Source: Octopus bimaculoides (taxonomy: Eukaryota). Taken from it: 32,535 nt of DNA. How positions within the stretch are numbered: the first letter of the stretch is position 1; the number at the start of each line of letters is the position of its first letter. The notes below the pieces were generated by a model. That model ran no database searches and had not been told where the DNA came from. It saw nothing but the letters and a program-made list of their open reading frames with translations. Of the stretch, positions 23,546-32,535 are shown one piece after another. The stretch covers positions 40,796,243 through 40,828,777 of the forward strand of contig NC_068984.1 of assembly GCF_001194135.2 (NCBI RefSeq), in the 5' to 3' direction. The translations under genes and the position numbers were made by a program.

Positions 23546-24486
23546 TGTATATGTGTGGCATGTACGAACGATTTGTCATTTGGATTAGAGTGTAAACTGG
23601 TTCTTGTTGCACTGGACATATCCACGTTCGACCTGCAATAGATTCCAGTCACTTATCAACATCAATATCCAAACACAATTAATCAGTTGCCACTAGAGTT
23701 TGTTATGCTTTATGCATCCATTCATTCTGTCTGTGATAATGAGGAGGACTATCTCATGAGAAACGTGGCTCCTATAGCCTCCTTAATCTCCCGCACGCCA
23801 TCTAAACGTAACCTAGATACCTAGACACGCCAGACTTCCACAGCCTTGCTTTCATGAAGTAAAACCTTGAAAACATCTGCCAACACTAGTCTGCTTCAAC
23901 GATCCCTATATATATTATAGAAACAGCCTTGCACTACTCTACACGTTCTCTGCATAAATAGCATACAGTTAAGATCCCTTAATACTAGCTCTCATAATCT
24001 TTGATGAAATATCATGATGACTTTACGTAATAACATTTCCAAAACATCTCTGTGACTGTTCTTCAGAACCAAGAAATATAACAGGGCTGGAACATTTGAA
24101 ATGGTATTTCAGTTACATACCCTTTATCAGTCTGTTCTTTTTGAGGGACATCCTACTCGTCCACATTATTCGTTATATGTAATAAACATACAGATTTTTT
24201 TTTTTTAATTCGAAGTGAATATGAACTGCATCAATCTCACCATCCTGTGAGAGTTTGTAAAGTTCATAAGCGCTGCACCTCCTCTTCTGTGGATTAAATG
24301 TTTGAAAATGCCACAAGTAACAAAAACAAACAAACAAAACTGGGTTTCAGTTGAGGTCGAGTTGCTAGATTTTTTGCATGAGAAGTGGCTTGTCAAGGTT
24401 GAAAAGAGTGAGAACTGGTCTTTTTTCTCTCCAACGAAACCCTCATGATCTCTTTCAAGTAGCACTTAAAAAAGTGAGTTGAATAC

Positions 24487-24669
24487 NNNNNNNNNNNNNN
24501 NNNNNNNNNNNNNNNNNNNNNNNNNNNNNNNNNNNNNNNNNNNNNNNNNNNNNNNNNNNNNNNNNNNNNNNNNNNNNNNNNNNNNNNNNNNNNNNNNNNN
24601 NNNNNNNNNNNNNNNNNNNNNNNNNNNNNNNNNNNNNNNNNNNNNNNNNNNNNNNNNNNNNNNNNNNNN
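24487..24669. other. Assembly gap
   Basis: Run of N. Confidence 1.
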
Positions 24670-24845
24670 CGGCCCTTTAATTTTGAGTATAGGTTAGAGC
24701 AAAGAAAAAAAATAGAGACTTGCTAAAAGGAGTCGGAATTTTAAGATGCATTGATCCTCCCTAGGAGGTTATTCCCTTTCTTCTGAGGTTATACATGTGC
24801 GTGTGCATGCATACTGTACATATACACATATATACACCCACACAA

Positions 24846-24892
<47 letters not shown>

Positions 24893-24916
24893 CATAAATG
24901 TACGTATATATATTTA

Positions 24917-24971
<55 letters not shown>

Positions 24972-25151
24972 ATACGTGGGTAGGTGCATGTGTGAGTTAG
25001 TGTGTTTGTGCATTTATACATATTTTAAAGAATTTTATACTTATATATATTTTATATACATTTTGGAACCATATTTTCGCACTTGTTTGCTCTTTTTGTG
25101 TTTCCCTTTCACGTTATAAAAAAAACCCAAAGAAGACAAAGGATAACAATG

Positions 25152-25204
<53 letters not shown>

Positions 25205-25366
25205 CCTTTCTACTGGAAACACAAGGCCTCAAATTTGAGGGTAGGGACTAAGTCAATTACATCGACCCCAGTGCGTAACTGGTACTTATTAAATCGACCC
25301 CAGTGCATAACTGGTTCTTATTAAATCGACCCCGAAAGGATGAAAGGCAAAGTCGACCACAGCGGG
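25205..25366 (-). mobile_element. 5'-truncated SINE family A with internal 32-bp tandem duplication, between two (TAA)n arrays
   Basis: atcgaccccagtgc(g/a)taactggt(a/t)cttattaa twice (25261-25324). (TAA)n at about 25149-25203 and 25367-25420. Confidence 0.85.
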
Positions 25367-25419
<53 letters not shown>

Positions 25420-25422
<3 letters not shown>

Positions 25423-25545
25423 GAGAAATGTTTCTAACATGGCCACAAGGCCAGAGATATTGAAGGAGAGGGTTTGTTAATTATGTCAGCCCTAGATCTT
25501 GGATAGTTCTTTATTATATTGAACCTTGAGGAATGAAGGTCGACA
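25420..25545 (-). mobile_element. Degenerate SINE family A
   Basis: tttctaacatggccacaaggccagag tail, ...gaatgaaggtcgac. Confidence 0.55.
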
Positions 25546-25574
25546 AAATTACTCATGTTCTCTTTTCTAGCTCT

Positions 25575-25912
25575 TTACATTCAAAGTTCAAATCCTACTG
25601 AAGTCAACTTTGTCTTTCGGGGGTCGATAAAAAGAGAACTAGTCTGAATACTGGGGTCAATGGTATAGACTTACCTTTCCTTCAAAATTGCTGGTCTTGT
25701 GCCTAAATTAGAAACCATTGGTAGCAGCATAAGTGCATCGGACAAGATGGCTTACGGTATTTAGTTTCAGCTGTTTACGTTCTAAATTCTTCCGAGGTCA
25801 GCTTTGCCTTTCATCTTTCCGGGGGTCGATAAAAGAGAGTACCAGTCAAGCACTGACATCGACTATTCCCCTCCTCTCAAAACAACCAGTCTTTTACCTA
25901 AATTAGAAACAA
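25575..25912 (+). mobile_element. Two tandem decayed SINE family A copies (25575-25715 and 25720-25912)
   Basis: Each has gggggtcgataaaa..., then ...cctaaattagaaac. Confidence 0.75.
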
Positions 25913-26136
25913 TTGTCGTTGTCCTCATGTTGTTGTTGTTGTTGCTGCTGCTATTCGGAACGAGTATCTAACGAATAACCAAATTATCGACCAATTCTGC
26001 AACTCAGCTTCTCTTGAAGAATGGCGTAAACGTTTCATCTTTTTTTTTTTTTTTTTAATTCTAAATTTTTATCACCGCAATTTCTCATGCTCTTTTTCCG
26101 TGGAACATTTCACGTCAGAAATTATTGTTGGTTGTA

Positions 26137-26466
26137 TGGTTTAGAAGTTCGTTCTGCAATAACGTGGCTTCAGATTCAATCCCACTGAGCGGCATTTGGA
26201 GTTAGCGTCTTCTACAATAAGCTCGTGCACACCAATGCTTCGAGAGAGAATTTAGTAGATGGAGATAGTACGGAAGTCTGTCATGCACGCGTATCCGTGA
26301 GTGCGCGCGTGTGTGCATGATCGCGCACGCGTTTTTGTTTGTCTCTTTTCACATAACAACCAGTGTTGGTTTTGCTCACATCATTGTAACTTAGCGGTTC
26401 GACAAGACAACCTGATATAATAACTATCAGACTTTTAAATAATTACTGAGGTCGATTTGCTTGATT
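26137..26466 (+). mobile_element. Older SINE family B copy with CG-rich internal microsatellite
   Basis: Collinear with 26530-26680 plus 28028-28175. Confidence 0.65.
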
Positions 26467-26681
26467 ATATTCCTCCCACCAAATTTCTAGCATAGTCCTT
26501 GTGTAAAAAAACAGAAAAAAAATATTATCGTGTGGTAAGACGCTTGCTTCCCAACTACATGATGCCGGGTTCAGACTCACTGCATGGCACTTTGGGCAAA
26601 TATCTTCTACTATAGCCTCAGGCCGACCGACCAGATCCTTGTGAGTAAATTTGGTAGACGGAAAGAAGCCTGTCATATATA

Positions 26682-27872
26682 CGTGGTCTGATCAATAAGT
26701 ATCCGGACTGTTGCCATAGTAACGAAGCTAAAGCACGTAGAGTGAAGCCGATTGACACAGATTGACCTTGAACTCTGCTCTCTGCTATGCATGCGCACTG
26801 AGTTTTAAAGTTCAAACTCACTTCCGCTGTTTACCGCAGTGCTTGGAAGGAATGTGTATAGCGTGTTGTCGTCGCATTGACTATGACAGAGAAAGCTGAG
26901 CAGAGAATCTGCATCAAATTTTGCCAAAAGCTTGGCGATACCTGCTCAGAGGCCTATGCAAAATTTTCAAGAAGTTTTCATCGTTCTCAACACAGTCAAG
27001 GAGATCTTGTGAAATTGAAACCCGAGTGTCTTTTTGGTCAGCTGAAAGCAGTTTTGGCGCAAACTTGGCAGACACGCGTTTCCTACCCAAATCTTCATTG
27101 GTAATGGACTGAACTGAACCGTAACTAATCTGCACATCCTGTGATAACTCACGGATGGAGATTCGACGATTTTTGAAGAAGTTTTCATCGTTCTCAACAC
27201 AATCAAGGAGGTCATGTGAAACTGAAACCCCTCACAGCTGCACGCGCATCTGCGAGGATTTTTCTCAGTTCTGCTGGTTGCGGGTCTCCCAGAACGTTCG
27301 TCAATATCGATATTTTTTTGGCCATCTTGGAAGCGTCTGAACCACTCGTACACTTGTGTGCGGATCATACACTACTCTCCATACACTTTCTAAACCTTTG
27401 CGTAGGCCTCTGAGCAGGTATCGTCATGACAACCTTCTCTGTCATGGTCAATGCGACGATCACACGCTACACACCTTCCTTCCAAGCACTGCTGTAAACA
27501 GCGAAAGTGAGTTAGAACATTAAAACTTAGTGCGCATGCACAGCAGAGTTGAAGGTCAATCTTTGCCAAGCGGTTTCACTCTGCGTGCTTTAGCTCCATT
27601 ACTATGGCAACAGTCCGTATACTTATTGATCAGACCGGACTTTTGCCATAGTAACGAAGCTAAAGCACGTAGAGTGAAGCCGTTTGACACAGAATGACCT
27701 TGAACTCTGCTCTCTGCTATGCATGCGCACTGAGTCTTAACGTTCTAGCTCACTTCCACTGTTTACAGCATCGTTCTCAACACAATCTCCTTGATTGTGT
27801 TGAGAACGATGAAAGCTTCTTGAAAATTTTGCGTAGGCCTCTGAGCAGGTATGGACAAGCTTTTGGCAAAAT
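26682..27872. mobile_element. Rearranged mariner fold-back built from 5' ends
   Basis: TA|CGTGGTCTGATCAATAAGTATCCGGACT TIR. The plus arm reads MTEKAEQRICIKFCQKLGDTCSEAYAK. The minus arm (26963-27636) reads TQVYEWFRRFQDG...DERSGRP...KRVSAKFAPKLLSADQKDTRVSISQDLLDCVENDENFLK. A third plus arm spans 27635-27769. Confidence 0.88.
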
Positions 27873-27884
27873 ATATCTAGTGTG

Positions 27885-27980
27885 TGAGAGAGAGGGAGAG
27901 CGAGTGAGAGAGATAGGGTGTGAGAGAGAGAGAGACGGACAGACAGACAGACACACAGACAGACAGACACACACACAGAC

Positions 27981-28022
<42 letters not shown>

Positions 28023-28027
28023 ATAGA
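27885..28027. repeat. AG/AGAC/(GATA)n microsatellite, the expanded internal tract of the host SINE
   Basis: Direct reading. Confidence 0.85.
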
Positions 28028-28399
28028 TGTGTGTCTGTGTTTGTCCCCCAACCATCGCTTGACAACCGATGTTGGTGTGTTTACCTCTCAGTAACTTAGT
28101 GGTTCAGCAAAAGAGACCGATAGAATAAGTACTAAGCTTACAAAGAATAAGTCCTGGGGTCGATTTCTTCGACTAAAACCCTTTAAGGCAGTGCTCTAGT
28201 ATGGCCGCAGTCAAATGACTGAAACAGATAAAAGAATCAAAGAATTCTGTGTTGGAAGCAATGCAAAAATGTTCTCGTCAGTATTTTCGTGGAAGGTTTT
28301 CTCTGCATTGTACTAACACCCTTTTTGATCTTTTAAGTTTTTTTGATATTCTCACAAACAATAATTTTAGAAAACATGACATTATTTCACATAGAGTTA

Positions 28400-28623
28400 A
28401 AATAATAAAAGTACCCTTCCTACTATAGTCGCAAATTCAGCAATTCTGTTAAAGTGGGGCTAGTCGATTACATCGAATACGGTGTTCAACTGGTACTTAT
28501 CGATTCCGAAGGATGAAAAGCAAAGTTGACCTCGGTGAAATTTGAACTCAGAGCGTTAAAAGTAGGTGAAATATCGCTAAGCATTTTATCGGCGTGCTCA
28601 CGATTCTGCCAGTCCACCGCCTT
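28400..28623 (-). mobile_element. SINE family A
   Basis: Ends ctgccagtccaccgcctt; core aactggtacttatcga...ggatgaaaagcaaagttgacctcgg. Confidence 0.8.
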
Positions 28624-29149
28624 TGCGAAGAGGTAATAATCTTCAATAAGCACTACCAGTTCGCTACCTACCACTTTGCTGACATGAAAAAGACAAAATT
28701 TTAAATTTAAATTGTTTGTGCATTTCAAAAATCTACTTTTAATATAAAATATATTCAGATTAATTACAGAGTTTTTGAAAGAATTAGAAATAATCATTAC
28801 CAATTTCCTATAAAGCCGGCAAATATTATTTGGTTTGTCTGATCGCCAGCCACTCTGCTGATATTAATATATAATTGTTCGTGTGTGAACACTGGAGTTG
28901 AAAAGCACAAACCACACCTCCTTTAACTTTGTCGTCGACTTATTTATCTCCCTAACAAAAGCAGGCCTTATAGAAAATTGCAGTCTTTTTAGAGTGAATG
29001 GTGAATCGATGTGAGACAGCGAAAAGAGCTTTGTGGAATCATTGGCACCCTTTCCTGACGTTGCACATGTAAATTCAGTGAATAACTTGAATATATTTAC
29101 TGTTGTTTTTTTATTTTATTTTATTTGTTTCAACAGGTGGAAAATTGCC

Positions 29150-29330
29150 AGAGACGTTATAGCGACGAGCAGAATACCTCTTGGTATTTGTTCCGATTCT
29201 CTACGCTCTGAGTTTGAACCCCACCGAAGTTCATTTTACTTTTCAGCCTTTCGGGGTCGATAAAAAAGTATCCATTTAGGGCACTGAAAGTGAAAGACCG
29301 ATTGACTATACACCTTAAGATATTTGTTCC
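29150..29330 (+). mobile_element. Degenerate SINE family A
   Basis: ctctgagtttgaacccca...cctttcggggtcgataaaaaagtatcca. Confidence 0.65.
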
Positions 29331-30039
29331 ATTTCCTTACCGTTTGAATTCAAATCCCAGCTCAACCTATTTGAAAGGGGTAAATTTTATCTGTCGTCCG
29401 GTCTAATACCACTGCCTTGCAATACCCATTACACCATCAGGTGTAATGGGTGTTGCTTTCTCTCCTGATTTAAAAGATAGAAAAAGCAAATTACTGGAAA
29501 TCAGCATCTAAATGGGTGACAGATGAAGAGGAAACACGACTCTTATTGTAATATAGATTGAGGATGTAAAAGGGGACTGGATATTCAGTATCACTAGTCT
29601 CTGCCAAATTAACCTGTTGAATCGAAATAAGGACCTACTTAGGGCATTGAGGGAAGGGAGAGCCCCACAGAAATGATAAATAGTTTACAAAACACACACA
29701 CACACACACAAGATCACTTTAAACTTACTAAAACAATATTCGAAGTGGTTTATATGGTCAGAAATATAACTCCAAGCTGTTTATAGTGTGATAGTGAGGA
29801 TTTAATTAATCAAAGACATTTGCAATGACAAAAAAAGTAGGAAAAAACTTATCAAATATAAAGTGAAAGTAAACAAAAATAAACATTGTTTTTTTTAACT
29901 TATTGTCAGTTTTGTTTCATTTTGAAATATAAAATTTTATTTTATGGCTTATTATTGTTTATATATTGAATTATATATATATATGGGAGCACCAAAATCT
30001 TTTAAGTGCTTAGTGCTTTTATAGGTCTTAATTCGGCCC

Positions 30040-30200
30040 TGCTTGTGGTATTTCTTCCTGCTATTTACGTTCCGATTTCATATCCCGATATGGTCATATT
30101 TGCCTTTCATCCTTTCAATGTGGATAAAATAAAGTACCGGTCAAAAACTAGGGTCGATAGATTCAACTTACCTACTTCTACTAAATTTCTATCTTCGTGC
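30040..30200 (+). mobile_element. Degenerate SINE family A
   Basis: tttgcctttcatcctttcaatgtggataaaataaagtaccggtcaaaaactagggtcgat. Confidence 0.65.
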
Positions 30201-30239
30201 CTGTGATACAGATATTAGAATATGGATCAGTAGAATTAT

Positions 30240-30399
30240 TACTTTAAATTCTGGATTTAAATTCCCACCGAATTCAACTTTGACTTTCATCCCTGAGGAG
30301 TCGATAAAATAAAGATCAGCCAAGACACTGGCGTCGATTTTATCCACTTACCCGCCCATGAAATTCCTGGCTTTGTACTCATATTAAAAGGACACAATT
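30240..30399 (+). mobile_element. SINE family A, host of the family D insertion
   Basis: Core ctttcatccctgaggagtcgataaaataaag...actggcgtcgat, tail aaattcctggctttgtac. Confidence 0.65.
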
Positions 30400-30783
30400 G
30401 TTGTTGTTGGCACTCCGTCGCTTACGACGTCGAGGATTCCAGTTGATCCGATCAACGGAACAGCCTGCTCGTGAAATTAACGTGCAAGTGGCTGAGCACT
30501 CCACAGACACGTGTACCCTTAACGTAGTTCTCAGGGATATTCAGTGTGACACAGTGTGACAAGGCTGACCCTTTGAATTACAGGAACAACAGAAACAGGA
30601 AGAAAGTGTGAGAGAAAGTTGTGGTGAAAGAGTACAACAGGGTTCGCCACCATCCCCTGCCGGAGCCTCATTATTTAGGTGTTTTCGCTCAATAAACACT
30701 CACAACGCCCGGTCTGGGAATCGAAACCGCGATCCTATGACCGCGAGTCCGCTGCCTTAACCACTGAGCCATTGCGCCTCCAC
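30398..30783 (-). mobile_element. Full-length SINE family D with (CAA)n tail and 34-bp TSD
   Basis: Reverse complement of 8607-8994. A box tggctcagtgg, B box gtttcgattccc. Flanks at 30366-30399 and 30783-30816. Confidence 0.92.
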
Positions 30784-30879
30784 CTGGCTTTGTACTCCTA
30801 TTAAAAAGACATAATTACTATGTGTAGTAAATAACACCCTTTCACCAACTGAGCATAAATTATATTTTCTATGGCTGAT

Positions 30880-30975
30880 TTTTCTTTCATACTTCCGGGG
30901 TTAATGGAATAAGTACCAGTTACTTTCGGGGGTCGATATAATTGATTGTGACTTTCTCCTAGGGTTAGAAATCAA
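30880..30975 (+). mobile_element. SINE family A core fragment
   Basis: aataagtaccagttactttcgggggtcgatataattgat. Confidence 0.55.
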
Positions 30976-32085
30976 TTTTTTACTATAGGGTATCTTTACT
31001 CTCAAATAGTCTTATTGGTTCTTGTATGGTTTTGTGCCAATATTATTAGCAGATGGTAGAAATTTTGCCTGGTGGTATTGCACTATGGTTCGCCTTGTTT
31101 TGTGTTTAAATTCCCCCTGCGTTCAATGGCTTTGTTTATCCCTTCAGGCTCAACAAAATGAATTGGGATTTTATAATGTTTTATCTGAGCAAACACACAC
31201 ACACATACACACACATTAATATTAATCATACATATTTAATTATATATGTTTAAAAATGTGTATGTAGTAATACGTATGTATTAATATGTGTATGATTTTA
31301 GTGTTTGTCATTGTGCAACAACCAAGTTAATGAGATATTTTTCCTAAAATTAGATTGGCGGAAATTTGTCATTATTTCTAATAATAATTGAATATTTTCA
31401 GAAATCATTTGATTATTTGCACATATACAAATAAACTTTGATGGGTTCATTAATTGTTGTTTGTTTCTGCTAATTTTAAATTACTTTCTTTTTTATCATG
31501 ACAAATAAATAACGTTTGATATTTTGAATATTTAGGCATAAAACATTGAACTCGATACAGTGAAACAACTACATTGCAGTTTACTGTTTCATTGCAACAG
31601 ACTCTCTCCTTTCCTTATAATAAAAATGGCTTCTAACATCATCCTAAAACCTGGTAATTTTTAGGGAATTGTAAATAGTAAAATGTAATATTCATACGTT
31701 TTGTAATGACATTAACTGACGTAAGTGAAGTGAGCTGGCTTAAACCAATAATCAAAATTTAATTATCGTAAAACTCAGAAAAATATTCTGATTGTATGCA
31801 GTTAAAATTTGTGAATTATTTTATTTAGCTACAATACTACCAACGAGATTAGGGAAGCGGTGGAAAATGTTCATCGAAATAAAAACATGGCGATTATTTT
31901 CTTGTTTACCTCAAAATCAAAGTTAGGGCAAGCTGCCAGTTATATATTTAATCAGATTATTTTAAACCAGTTTTAACTCATTTAAATAGAATGATGGGAA
32001 CTATTTTAAACTGTACAGACTTTTATGCATACATTTCCTGTTTGATGTCTAAATAGCATAAATTACAGGACATACATACACACAC

Positions 32086-32132
<47 letters not shown>

Positions 32133-32219
32133 AACACACACACATACACACAAAGATACATAGCAATATATATATACATACATATATCTGTATGTGAGTG
32201 TTTGTGTGTGTGTGTGTGT

Positions 32220-32535
32220 ATGGGCAAGTATTTTTTACTATAGCCTCGTGTCGACCAAAGCCTTGTGAGTGGATTTGGTAGAGGGAAACTGAAAGAAGCC
32301 CATCGTACGTATATATATGTATATATTTAAGTGTGTCTTTGTGTCTGTATTTGTCCTCTCACCATCGCTTGACAACCGATGTTGGTGTGTTTACATCCAC
32401 GTAACTTAGCAGTTCGGCAAAAGTGACCGATAGAATAAGTACTAGGCTTACAAAGAATAAATCCTAGGGCCGATTTCTTCGGCTAAAACCCTTTAAGGAA
32501 TGGCCGCAGTCAAATGACTGAAACAAGTAAAAGTC
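32220..32535 (+). mobile_element. SINE family B, 5' end lost in the preceding CA/TG tract, running to the window end
   Basis: gggcaagtattttttactatagcc...aagaagcccatcgtacgtatata...accatcgcttgacaaccgatgttggtgtgtttac...ggccgcagtcaaatgactgaaac. Confidence 0.88.

Larger units (their letters stand above)
26530..28243 (+). mobile_element. SINE family B split by a mariner insertion (5' half 26530-26680, 3' half about 28028-28243)
   Basis: The two halves reconstruct the uninterrupted copy at 32220-32535. Confidence 0.85.

Overview
This is repeat-dense, AT-rich animal genomic DNA with five assembly gaps, and I can confirm no intact protein-coding gene. The SINE families and microsatellite load look like a coleoid cephalopod, most likely Octopus (by-eye recognition, not a database result). 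It contains about 25 tRNA-derived SINE copies or fragments from at least four families, a decayed CR1/L2-type LINE 3' end, four Tc1/mariner relics (one maT DD37D, two mariner, one Tc1) and many microsatellites. Most listed ORFs are artefacts of microsatellites or N-gaps. The best new signal is a type I hammerhead ribozyme on the minus strand at 17160-17249. It has a complete catalytic core, a GUC cleavage triplet and a palindromic minimal helix III, the form typical of Penelope-like elements and retrozymes. Also notable are two mariner-derived fold-back structures, a SINE with a 34-bp target-site duplication, a near-invariant hairpin-bearing SINE 3' tail, and modular SINE tail swapping. There is no CRISPR array, rRNA or genuine tRNA gene. 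All alignments and counts were done by eye.
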